A DNA stretch of 64,000 nt from Methylophilaceae bacterium (GTDB taxonomy: Bacteria; Pseudomonadota; Gammaproteobacteria; Burkholderiales; Methylophilaceae), in contig JANNOS010000106.1 in assembly GCA_031399315.1 (NCBI GenBank), positions 32,385-96,384 of the forward strand. The letters run 5' to 3'. The translations under genes and the position numbers were made by a program. How positions within the stretch are numbered: position 1 is the first letter of the stretch; every line of letters starts with the position of its first letter. The notes below the pieces were generated by a model. The model made no database searches. It saw nothing but the letters and a program-made list of their open reading frames with translations, and had not been told where the DNA came from. Shown here piece after piece: positions 9,551 through 18,344 of the stretch.

Positions 9551-11752
9551 TTACTTGACGCGCATTCCTGCCTGCGCGCCAACATCTGGTGAGAGTATAA
9601 AAGGGCCACCAAGTTCATCACTTGCTGCTAAAACCATGCCTTCAGACATGCCAAACTTCATTTTACGCGGTGCTAAGTTTGCCACCATCACTGTCATACG
9701 CCCCACCAAAGTAGCAGGGTCGTAGGCCGATTTAATGCCCGAAAATACTTGGCGAGTAGTTGCTTCACCAATATCTAGCGTGAGTTTGAGTAGTTTCTCG
9801 GCACCTTCTACATGTTCTGCATTGACGATTTTAGCGATACGTAAATCGACTTTGGCAAAGTCATCAATCGTTATATATTCGACCTCAGGGGCATCGCTGG
9901 AACCCAATACCGGTGCGGTTGCTGGCGATGTCGTTTTAATGAGTGCAGGTGTTGGTGCTAAATTCTCTTTATTGGCTTCTGTCATGGCTTCAATCGCTTT
10001 AGGGTCAATGCGGGTAATTAAATGGCTATATTCGTTAATTCTTTCAATAGCTACGCTCTTGGCTGAATCCCAGTTAAATTCTTGAGTTAATCCAAACAAT
10101 TCTTTTTCAACAGTTTCAGCCAATTTGGGCAAAACAGGTTTTAAATAAGCTGTGAGAATTGCAAACATTCTCAAACTTGCGCTGCACACCATATGCAAGC
10201 GCTTCTCTTGAGACGCGTCCTTAGCTATTTCCCAAGGCTTTTGGTTTGCCACAAACTCATTGACTAAGTCTGTTAATCGCATTATTTCTCTAATCGCTTT
10301 GCTGTAATCGCGACTCTCATAGCAGTTCGCAATTTCACCAGCTTGGCTCGTCAAAGCTTGTTCCAATTGCCAAACCTCTGGAGAATACTCATTTCCTGCT
10401 AAAGGCAGTAAATTCCCATCGAACCGCTTGTTGATAAACCCAGCCGTACGACTTGCAATATTGATATATTTACCCACCAAATCGCTATTCACCCGCGCAA
10501 CAAAGTCTTCTAAATTCAAATCGATGTCTTCCATCGTGCTGTTCAATTTAGCGGCGTAGTAATAGCGCAAATACTCAGGATTTTTAATGTGATCTAAATA
10601 GCTACGCGCAGTGATAAACGTACCGCGCGATTTACTCATTTTTTCGCCATTTACAGTTAAAAAACCGTGTGCAAAAATTTGTGTAGGTGTGCGATAACCA
10701 CTGTATTCAAGGGTTGCAGGCCAAAATAGCGCATGAAAATACAGAATATCTTTGCCAATAAAATGGTAAAGCTCAGTTTTAGGGTTTGTACCTTCATTTC
10801 CTTCGCGTTGCCAATATTCGTCGAAATTAAGTTCTTCACCCTCTCCCTGCCCCTCTCCCCTCAAGGGAGAGGGAATTAAATTTGTGTCATGCCCAGCATT
10901 TACTCCCTCGCCCCTTGTGGGAGAGGGCTGGGGAGAGGGGTTGTCACACAAGTGCTTGAAGCTCGCCATATAACCAATTGGCGCATCTAGCCACACATAA
11001 AAATACTTGCCTGGCGCATCGGGGATTTCAAAGCCAAAATACGGCGCATCGCGTGAAATATCCCAATCGTTCAGGCCATTTTCGAACCACTCGCCCATTT
11101 TGTTGGCGGCTTCGCCCTGCAAAGTGCCTGAACGGGTCCAAGCTTTTAAAAAGTCTTCGCATTCCGAAAGTTTAAAGAAATAATGCTCTGTTTCTTTGCG
11201 GATTGGCGCTGCGCCAGAAACGGCTGAATACGCATTAATTAGCTCAGTTGGATTGTAGGTTGCACCGCATACTTCGCAGTTATCACCATATTGATCTTTG
11301 GCGTGGCATTTCGGGCATTCGCCTTTAATAAAGCGGTCTGGCAAAAACATGTTTTTAACAGGGTCGTAAAACTGTTCGATAGTTTTAGTGGCAATTTTGC
11401 CGTTAGCTTTGAGTTTTCTGTAAATTGTTTGCGAAAGTACTTTATTCTCTTCCGAATTGGTCGAGTAGTAATTATCAAACTCAACCAAAAACTCTGCAAA
11501 GTCTGCGCTGTGTTCCTTGTGCACCGCTTCAATCAAGGCTTCTGGCTTAATGCCTTCTTTTTCTGCACGCAGCATAATTGGCGTGCCATGCGTATCATCC
11601 GCACACACATAATGTACGGTATGCCCCTGCATTTTTTGAAAACGCACCCAAATATCGGTTTGAATATACTCGACCAAATGCCCTAAATGGATGCTGCCGT
11701 TGGCGTATGGGAGTGCGGAAGTAACGAGGATTTTGCGAGCTGGAGATGACAT
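9551..11752 (-). CDS. metG: Methionine--tRNA ligase with C-terminal tRNA-binding domain and an in-frame palindromic insert
   Basis: [12 protein letters not shown] (HIGH), KMSKS, zinc knuckles, [11 protein letters not shown]-terminal [12 protein letters not shown]...MSEGMVL. Confidence 0.97.
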   Translation of the reverse strand: MSSPARKILVTSALPYANGSIHLGHLVEYIQTDIWVRFQKMQGHTVHYVCADDTHGTPIMLRAEKEGIKPEALIEAVHKEHSADFAEFLVEFDNYYSTNSEENKVLSQTIYRKLKANGKIATKTIEQFYDPVKNMFLPDRFIKGECPKCHAKDQYGDNCEVCGATYNPTELINAYSAVSGAAPIRKETEHYFFKLSECEDFLKAWTRSGTLQGEAANKMGEWFENGLNDWDISRDAPYFGFEIPDAPGKYFYVWLDAPIGYMASFKHLCDNPSPQPSPTRGEGVNAGHDTNLIPSPLRGEGQGEGEELNFDEYWQREGNEGTNPKTELYHFIGKDILYFHALFWPATLEYSGYRTPTQIFAHGFLTVNGEKMSKSRGTFITARSYLDHIKNPEYLRYYYAAKLNSTMEDIDLNLEDFVARVNSDLVGKYINIASRTAGFINKRFDGNLLPLAGNEYSPEVWQLEQALTSQAGEIANCYESRDYSKAIREIMRLTDLVNEFVANQKPWEIAKDASQEKRLHMVCSASLRMFAILTAYLKPVLPKLAETVEKELFGLTQEFNWDSAKSVAIERINEYSHLITRIDPKAIEAMTEANKENLAPTPALIKTTSPATAPVLGSSDAPEVEYITIDDFAKVDLRIAKIVNAEHVEGAEKLLKLTLDIGEATTRQVFSGIKSAYDPATLVGRMTVMVANLAPRKMKFGMSEGMVLAASDELGGPFILSPDVGAQAGMRVK
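10838..10940. repeat. Palindromic repeat element (CCCTCTCCC...GGGAGAGGG family) inside metG
   Basis: Inner hairpins at 10851-10873 and 10905-10927 plus outer arms 10839-10847/10931-10939; encodes [12 protein letters not shown]...[12 protein letters not shown]. Confidence 0.85.
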
Positions 11753-11810
11753 GCGGTAAATGAACCTGTATTGAGCTAAAACGCTATTTTAGCAAATTAA
11801 GCAAGCTTTC

Positions 11811-11840
11811 GCTTTAAGCATTCGCGCTTTAAGCATTCGC
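11811..11840. repeat. 15-bp tandem duplication in the metG/apbC divergent promoter region
   Basis: gctttaagcattcgc x2. Confidence 0.8.
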
Positions 11841-11881
11841 ATCAGTTAAAATAAGCTTTTCTCATTAAAGCATTCATTATC

Positions 11882-12970
11882 ATGGCAATCAGCGAATTAC
11901 TCATCCAAAGTGCTTTAAAACTTTGCGTAGACCCGAATACGGGTAAAGATTTTATCACCAGCAAATCGGCCAAGAATATCCAAATTAACGGCAGTAATGT
12001 GAGTCTAGATATTGCGTTGGGCTATCCTGCCAATAGCGTGATGAATGACGTGAAAAACTTGGTTGCGCAGCATCTTAAAACGGTTGATGGCGTGGGTGAT
12101 GTCACGGTGAACATTGGTAGCCGCATCGTCGCACACAAAGCACAGCAAGGCGTTAACCTGCTACCCAACGTTAAAAATGTAATTGCGGTTGCTTCTGGCA
12201 AAGGCGGCGTAGGTAAATCAACCACTTCGGTCAATTTAGCGCTCGCACTAGCGGCAGAAGGCGCAACTGTGGGCTTGCTAGATGCCGATATTTACGGCCC
12301 CAGCCAACCACAAATGCTCGGCATTAGCGGTCGCCCAGAAAGCATGGATGGCAAAAGTATGGAGCCAATGGTTGCGCATGGCATTCAAACCATGAGCATA
12401 GGCTTTTTGGTGGACATGAACACGCCCATGGTATGGCGCGGCCCAATGGTAACAGGTGCGCTAGAACAGTTATTGCGTGATACCAAATGGAAAGATTTAG
12501 ATTATTTAGTGATTGATTTGCCACCAGGCACGGGTGACATTCAACTGACGTTGGCGCAAAAAATCCCAGTTACTGGTGCAATTATTGTCACTACACCGCA
12601 AGATATTGCCTTGCTGGATGCGCGCAAAGGCTTGAAAATGTTTGAGAAAGTCGGCATCCCGATTTTGGGCATTGTCGAAAACATGAGCACGCACATATGC
12701 AGCAATTGCGGATATGAGGAACATATATTTGGCGCGGGCGGTGGCCAAAAAATGTGTGATGATTACAGCGTAGATTTACTTGGCAGCTTGCCGCTAGACA
12801 TGAGCATTCGCGTGCTGACTGACGGCGGTAAGCCATCAGTCATTGCTGAACCTGATTCTAAAATTTCGGCTATTTATAAAGAAATTGCACGTAAGGCAGC
12901 GATTAAAATCGCCAATGCCAGCTTAGACCACAGCAGTAAATTTCCAAATATTGTGATTCAAAATACTTAA
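11882..12970 (+). CDS. apbC: Fe-S cluster carrier ApbC/Mrp
   Basis: VASGKGGVGKST, DADIYGPS, WRGPM, DLPPGTGD, CSNCG. Confidence 0.95.
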   Translation: MAISELLIQSALKLCVDPNTGKDFITSKSAKNIQINGSNVSLDIALGYPANSVMNDVKNLVAQHLKTVDGVGDVTVNIGSRIVAHKAQQGVNLLPNVKNVIAVASGKGGVGKSTTSVNLALALAAEGATVGLLDADIYGPSQPQMLGISGRPESMDGKSMEPMVAHGIQTMSIGFLVDMNTPMVWRGPMVTGALEQLLRDTKWKDLDYLVIDLPPGTGDIQLTLAQKIPVTGAIIVTTPQDIALLDARKGLKMFEKVGIPILGIVENMSTHICSNCGYEEHIFGAGGGQKMCDDYSVDLLGSLPLDMSIRVLTDGGKPSVIAEPDSKISAIYKEIARKAAIKIANASLDHSSKFPNIVIQNT

Positions 12971-12972
12971 AA

Positions 12973-13305
12973 ATGGCATCTGATGCAAGTTTTGTTGAAT
13001 TTGTCGTTGACCAAATTATTGGTGTGGGCAACATTGAAGCTAAAAAAATGTTTGGCGAATATGCAGTTTATTGCAACGGAAAAGTAGTCGCCTTAATATG
13101 CGACAACCAACTGTTTATTAAGCCCACCGCCACTGGCAGAGCATCTATTGGTAACGTGGTTGAAGCGCCTGCTTACCATGGCGCAAAACCAGCCTTTTTG
13201 ATTGAAGAAGGCTTGGATGATGGCGCTTGGCTAAGCAAGCTCATCAAAATAACGGCGAATGAACTGCCAATGCCCAAACCTAAAAAACCTAAGAAATCTA
13301 AATGA
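12973..13305 (+). CDS. TfoX/Sxy N-terminal-domain family protein
   Basis: KKMFGEYAVYCNGKVVALICDNQLFIKPT signature. Confidence 0.85.
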   Translation: MASDASFVEFVVDQIIGVGNIEAKKMFGEYAVYCNGKVVALICDNQLFIKPTATGRASIGNVVEAPAYHGAKPAFLIEEGLDDGAWLSKLIKITANELPMPKPKKPKKSK

Positions 13306-13859
13306 CTCAGAAAAAACACCACGCCGCTGAAAAGCTCATGGATACTGCCTATGAAGCCATGGATGAGCGCACGCAGAAAGTCGCGCGGCACATTACCGAA
13401 CGCAGGCATATCTCCAAAAACACCAGTTTAGCGCAAGACGATACCAAAACTTTTGGTCAGCAGGCGGCCGATGCAGTGGCGAAATTTGGTGGCTCTTGGG
13501 CATTTATTATTTTATTTGGCGTAGTGCTGGTGTGCTGGGTGGTTTTGAATTCGTACATTTTGGTCAATTACAACAAAGCATTTGACCCTTATCCGTATAT
13601 TTTGCTTAATTTATTTTTATCAATGTTGGCATCGATCCAAGCGCCGATTATTTTAATGTCGCAGAACCGCCAAGCCGAGGTTGACCGTATTAATGCCGAG
13701 CACGATTACGAAGTGAATTTAAAAGCCGAGCTGGAAATTATGCTGCTACACGAAAAAGTGGATTTGCTGCGCGAAGTGCAATGGACGGAACTATTAGAAA
13801 TTCAAAAACAACAATTGCAATTATTAAGTGATTTAATCAATAAAAAGCAAGCCCAATAA
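13302..13859 (+). CDS. DUF1003 membrane protein
   Basis: ADAVAKFGGSW, FDPYPYILLNLFLS..A..QAPIILMSQNRQ. Confidence 0.9.
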   Translation: MTQKKHHAAEKLMDTAYEAMDERTQKVARHITERRHISKNTSLAQDDTKTFGQQAADAVAKFGGSWAFIILFGVVLVCWVVLNSYILVNYNKAFDPYPYILLNLFLSMLASIQAPIILMSQNRQAEVDRINAEHDYEVNLKAELEIMLLHEKVDLLREVQWTELLEIQKQQLQLLSDLINKKQAQ

Positions 13860-14192
13860 AAAAACCGCTATTTCTACAAGCCGCTCAGTAAAGGTGTTGA
13901 TAAATAGAATGGATAAGCTTAATCGCCTTTGATTAAGAGCAGTCCTAGATAACACCTAAAAGATTATCCAAGCCAGAATGTTGTGTGCCAATAAAGTCTA
14001 TATCTTAGTCCGCTTTTTTAAGCAAAATTGATAGTGACAAACGGCACGAACACTCTCTGGGATGACCGCCTCCTTGCGTAAGGCTGTCGCCAATTTCAAC
14101 GATTTATATTTGCTTACCTAAACACACATTTTTTGCAAATGCATTGCCATAAAAAAGCTACAAACTTAATAACAGAAATAACGTAACTTTAC

Positions 14193-14372
14193 TCACCCCA
14201 GCAAACTCCCACCTATCGCCCAATCTTCCATTTTAACCTCTTCAAACACAATATAGGTATAGCTAGGTGGTTTATGTGTATGCTTTTGCAAGGTTTCGGT
14301 GATTTCTTTAGCGATTAGTTTTTTTTGTTCTTTGGTAACACTTCCTGCAAGTTTAACGTTTACAAATGGCAT
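14193..14372 (-). CDS. 4-oxalocrotonate tautomerase family protein (59 aa, not in ORF track)
   Basis: Manual translation MPFVNVKLAGSVTKEQKKLIAKEITETLQKHTHKPPSYTYIVFEEVKMEDWAIGGSLLG; Pro-1; RBS AGGAG upstream. Confidence 0.9.
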   Translation of the reverse strand: MPFVNVKLAGSVTKEQKKLIAKEITETLQKHTHKPPSYTYIVFEEVKMEDWAIGGSLLG

Positions 14373-14643
14373 TTTAGTTCTCCTTTGTGATTAAAACTAG
14401 ACCATGAAATTTAGGCCATTAAATCCAGACCAATAAATATAGTACAGCTTGTTTTGTGTTGCCAATAGCAGTATTTTTCGCAAATAGTAAAATGCGCTGC
14501 GGATTGTTATATTAAGGCATTGTGGCACTTAAAAACAATGCTTTGGAAGCCAATATCCATGCGGGTTTCGCGCATGAATAACCAGCTTAAGCTGGTATAT
14601 TCTGCGGTGACGACCCTTGCGGTTGAAGGCTTGCTTAAATTAG

Positions 14644-15330
14644 TCATTTTAGCGTATTCCAAATGTCTTTTATTAGTTTTAACGTAACCACAAGAATGAG
14701 TAGCGAAATAAAAATGGAAAGTATCGAATCGATTGGCAACCAGCCTGTGAAATAAATGATCGCGCCCGCTGCCAGCGCAGCAACTGAACCTAACAAATCG
14801 CTCATGACATGTAAAAAAGCTGCGCGTTTATTATGATTGTTGGTGCCATGATCGTCATCATGCAATTGTTTTGCCACGATAATATTCACAATTAAGCCAA
14901 GGAACGCTATCAACATCACATAGCCACCAGTCACAATTTGGGGCGTTTTAAGGCGCACAATCGCCTCCACAACAATATAAATCACCACGACAAGCATCAA
15001 CACAGCGTTGATGATAGATGCCACAATTTCAATATGGCTTTGCCCACTGGCGTGTTTTTTACTTTTGGTTGAGTAATGCGATGCAAACCAAGCCAAACCA
15101 AGCGCGAACACATCTGAGAACATGTGCCAAGCGTCACCTAGCAAAGCTAAAGAGTTCGTCCAAACACCGCCGATGAGCTCAACTACTGCAAAAATAAGTA
15201 TCAGAAAAAAAGGGATTGCAAATGCATTAGTCTGGTGTGATTTATGGCTATGTGGCTGGTGACTATGTGCCTCGTGATGATGAGAATCATGGTCTTGACG
15301 CTGCTTTTGATGGCTATCGCTCATAACCAT
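14644..15330 (-). CDS. Cation diffusion facilitator (ZitB/CzcD-like) with His-rich N-terminus and no C-terminal domain
   Basis: SLALLGDAWHMFSD and AFLHVMSDLLGS metal-site motifs; six TM helices; alternative start at 15324. Confidence 0.88.
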   Translation of the reverse strand: MVMSDSHQKQRQDHDSHHHEAHSHQPHSHKSHQTNAFAIPFFLILIFAVVELIGGVWTNSLALLGDAWHMFSDVFALGLAWFASHYSTKSKKHASGQSHIEIVASIINAVLMLVVVIYIVVEAIVRLKTPQIVTGGYVMLIAFLGLIVNIIVAKQLHDDDHGTNNHNKRAAFLHVMSDLLGSVAALAAGAIIYFTGWLPIDSILSIFISLLILVVTLKLIKDIWNTLK

Positions 15331-15361
15331 GATGCTAGCGGCTATGCATCATAAAGACAAT

Positions 15362-15389
15362 AAAAAAGCACTCAAATGAGTGCTTTTTT
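15362..15389 (-). terminator. Intrinsic terminator after the EF-hand gene
   Basis: aaaaaagcactc-aaat-gagtgctttttt. Confidence 0.75.
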
Positions 15390-15411
15390 CAACGCAAAGT
15401 TTATAGCGCTA

Positions 15412-15678
15412 TTATTGCACTTTTTGTTTACGTTTTTCACGCATGTTACGCATTTTATCTTTCTGTGCTAGCTTTTCAGATGCATCAATAAAGCCGTCAC
15501 CATTGCTATCCATTTTTTTAAATTGGCGCTCATGTGCTTTTTCTTTAGATGCGCGATACTCCTCATAACTCACTTTACTATCACCATCGGTATCCAGCTT
15601 CATCTTGTTTTCTGCAAAAACCAAAGGCGTGCTTATTAACAAGCCTGCTGCAAGTAACATTCTGATTTTATTTAACAT
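15412..15678 (-). CDS. Secreted protein with two EF-hands
   Basis: Signal peptide; loops DTDGDSKVSYEE and DSNGDGFIDASE. Confidence 0.8.
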   Translation of the reverse strand: MLNKIRMLLAAGLLISTPLVFAENKMKLDTDGDSKVSYEEYRASKEKAHERQFKKMDSNGDGFIDASEKLAQKDKMRNMREKRKQKVQ

Positions 15679-15802
15679 TTTATTTTCCTTTTTATTAAGT
15701 TAATTGAACATCTACAACATAAGCCGCAATGATTTATAGGCATCGCGACTAAGGCTATAATACACCCATGCCTATTTATTGCTATGTTGCCAACTTTTTA
15801 CA

Positions 15803-16666
15803 ATGTTAAGTTACCGTCACGCCTTTCATGCAGGCAACCATGCTGATGTTTTGAAACACACTATTTTTAGCCTTGTGCTGGATTATTTCAACCAAAAAGA
15901 CAAGCCATATTGGGTGACTGATACGCATGCGGGTGCAGGCATGTATGCATTAAAAAGTGAGTTTTCACAAAAAAATGCTGAGTTTGAATCAGGCATTGCG
16001 CGCTTAGTACAAGCGCAAAATTTGCCTGAATCACTCACCAAATTTGTGTCTGTTATACAATCTTTTAACGCAAGCAAACAACTAGACATTTATCCTGGCT
16101 CACCTAAAATTGCCGAGCATTTTCTACGCGCGGATGACAAGTTGCGTTTATTTGAACTACACCCAAGTGATTGCAAAATTCTATTAGAAAATTTTTCTGG
16201 CCAACATTCACAAAACAATAAGCTCCGTCAAACCAAAATTGAAATGCAAGATGGCTTTAATGGCATTAAAGCTTGCTTGCCGCCGCCCACCAAACGTGCG
16301 GTAATATTAATTGACCCGCCTTACGAACTTAAAGATGATTACTTACGCGTGGTAGATTGCATTGAAGACAGCTTAAAACGCTTTGCCACAGGCACTTATT
16401 TAATTTGGTACCCACTACTACAACGCCCAGAACCATTACAAATGGTTGAGGCACTCAAAAAATGTCAGCCCAATAATTGGCTAGATGTCACATTAAGTAT
16501 TCAAACACCAAGTACCGAGGGTTATGGCATGCATGGAAGTGGCATTTTTGTGATTAACCCGCCTTGGACTTTAGCGAAATTACTAACTGAAACCATGCCG
16601 ATTCTGCGTGATTTATTGGCGCATGATGATGCGGCCAACTTTACGCTCACGCACAATATCAGTTAA
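15803..16666 (+). CDS. rlmJ: 23S rRNA m6A2030 methyltransferase
   Basis: MLSYRHAFHAGNHADVLKH, DTHAGAG, YPGSP, LIDPPYE; start placed at ATG 15803. Confidence 0.95.
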   Translation: MLSYRHAFHAGNHADVLKHTIFSLVLDYFNQKDKPYWVTDTHAGAGMYALKSEFSQKNAEFESGIARLVQAQNLPESLTKFVSVIQSFNASKQLDIYPGSPKIAEHFLRADDKLRLFELHPSDCKILLENFSGQHSQNNKLRQTKIEMQDGFNGIKACLPPPTKRAVILIDPPYELKDDYLRVVDCIEDSLKRFATGTYLIWYPLLQRPEPLQMVEALKKCQPNNWLDVTLSIQTPSTEGYGMHGSGIFVINPPWTLAKLLTETMPILRDLLAHDDAANFTLTHNIS

Positions 16667-16695
16667 TATACGGCTTCCAAACTATTGAGAACATT

Positions 16696-17229
16696 ATGCA
16701 AATACCCACCAAGTCAGAATATAAACAAACCAATATTATGAGTAATGTTTTATTTGGTAGCCGCTGGCTACAATTACCGCTTTATTTGGGTTTAATTGTT
16801 GCGCAGGCCGTATATGTTTACTTTTTTGGCGTGGAACTTGTTCACTTAGTTGGCAAGACTGCTGTGCTAAAAGAGGCAGATATCATGTTGATTGTATTGG
16901 GTTTAATTGATGTGGTGATGATTTCAAACTTGCTGATAATGGTGATTGTAGGTGGTTACGAAACCTTTGTTTCTCGCCTTAACTTAGAAGGCCACCCCGA
17001 TGAACCTGATTGGTTGTCGCATGTGAATGCCAACTTACTGAAAGTTAAATTGGCTACTGCCATTATCGGCATTTCATCGATTCATCTACTAAAAACTTTT
17101 ATTAATGCCGAAAATTTGACTGATAAAGTGATGATGTGGCAAACCATCATTCACATGACATTTGTATTCTCAGCAATTTCTATTGCTTATATCGATAAGC
17201 TGATGTCACACAATGATGCTAAACATTAA
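16696..17229 (+). CDS. TIGR00645/YqhA (UPF0114) membrane protein
   Basis: SRWLQLPLYLGLI, GGYETFVSRL, KVKLATAIIGISSIHLL. Confidence 0.88.
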   Translation: MQIPTKSEYKQTNIMSNVLFGSRWLQLPLYLGLIVAQAVYVYFFGVELVHLVGKTAVLKEADIMLIVLGLIDVVMISNLLIMVIVGGYETFVSRLNLEGHPDEPDWLSHVNANLLKVKLATAIIGISSIHLLKTFINAENLTDKVMMWQTIIHMTFVFSAISIAYIDKLMSHNDAKH

Positions 17230-18320
17230 TAACTCTGCATAATTTGGTGAGGGGCGGCTAGCCCCTCTTTAGAGTTGAAATTACTCACCGTAAATTTATG
17301 CACCGCGATGGTTTTTTCATTTTCAGTTTTAACTACCACGCGCCAATCACCAATTACTGGATTGCTTCTGTAGGTATAGCCTCTAAAGCCGTTAAAACGG
17401 CCGCCACTCACGGTAAAACTTGCACGAGATTGTAAAACCCAGCCTTGTTTAGTATGCAGTTGCCAGTCGTGAAACAGCTTGGTTTTTAAGCCTGCTGGCG
17501 CAAAAATAGTCGAAAAGCAATAAATACGCTGCCCACTTTGCACCTCTAAATCATCGCTGGTTTTGCGCCAAAACACCCACCAAGCAGATTTTTGCTGGCT
17601 TAACTGGTACTTTCCATTCACTTTTTCTATCGCATAAGCCATGGCAATATCGCGTTTGACTAGGGGCACCGGCGGAATCATATCCACTGCGTAAGCCAGC
17701 ATGAGCAAACCCGCAATCACCGAAACTGGCCAGATGCTGCCTAAGTGATTGGGTGTTTTTGTGTACAACCAATAAGCAAGCATGGCCCCTAATAGCGTGC
17801 TTAAGTAAAACCAAATGCTGAGTACGCTACCCAGCAAAAACGGCAGGGCAAAGTTAAATAGAAGCATGGCGCATAAACCAAACAATGCCCAGCTAATGGT
17901 AAATCGCCTGTATTGATCTTCTAAAAACTCGTTAGCGACCAGTAGGCTAGCTAAAAACAAGGACATTAGCCATGCCAGCCAGTGGCTAGAACTTTTAAAG
18001 TACAAAATAAAAAGTGCGCTTAACAGACTGCCAAATAAAAATTGCAGCAAAAAATATGGCCAACGGGAAGTGACGATTGCATACAAGCGGGAAGGTAGTT
18101 TGGCTTCATCAGCTAAAATAAAGCTTGGGCGACTTGTGACAAAAAGAATCAAGCCAGCACCCAATAAATAGCCTGCAAAAATGATTAAGTCAGATGCCGC
18201 TACGTCTCGACCGATAGTCAGCGCGTCCCAAATGAAGCCAGCAAAAAAGAAAACCGCTGGCAGATAGCTGGCCACACTTTTTAATGTGCTTTTTGATACT
18301 TGTTTAACGCTTTCTAACAA
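17226..18320 (-). CDS. Membrane protein with C-terminal DUF2914 domain
   Basis: Multiple TM helices, then FSTIFAPAGL...GGRFNGFRGYTY...GDWRVVVKTE. Confidence 0.75.
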   Translation of the reverse strand: MLESVKQVSKSTLKSVASYLPAVFFFAGFIWDALTIGRDVAASDLIIFAGYLLGAGLILFVTSRPSFILADEAKLPSRLYAIVTSRWPYFLLQFLFGSLLSALFILYFKSSSHWLAWLMSLFLASLLVANEFLEDQYRRFTISWALFGLCAMLLFNFALPFLLGSVLSIWFYLSTLLGAMLAYWLYTKTPNHLGSIWPVSVIAGLLMLAYAVDMIPPVPLVKRDIAMAYAIEKVNGKYQLSQQKSAWWVFWRKTSDDLEVQSGQRIYCFSTIFAPAGLKTKLFHDWQLHTKQGWVLQSRASFTVSGGRFNGFRGYTYRSNPVIGDWRVVVKTENEKTIAVHKFTVSNFNSKEGLAAPHQIMQSY

Positions 18321-18344
18321 GTGAACAGCAACTTAAATAGTGAC

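Noticed and set aside
14058-14076. tgggatgaccgcctcctt resembles the 16S rRNA 3' end
   Set aside because: No other rRNA sequence around it; kept only as part of an ncRNA candidate
14590-14640. ggtgacgaccc as a guanidine-II (ACGA loop) hairpin
   Set aside because: Stem is too weak, there is no second ACGR hairpin, and no suitable downstream gene
15412-15678. Lanmodulin assignment for the EF-hand protein
   Set aside because: Only two EF-hands and no Pro at loop position 2
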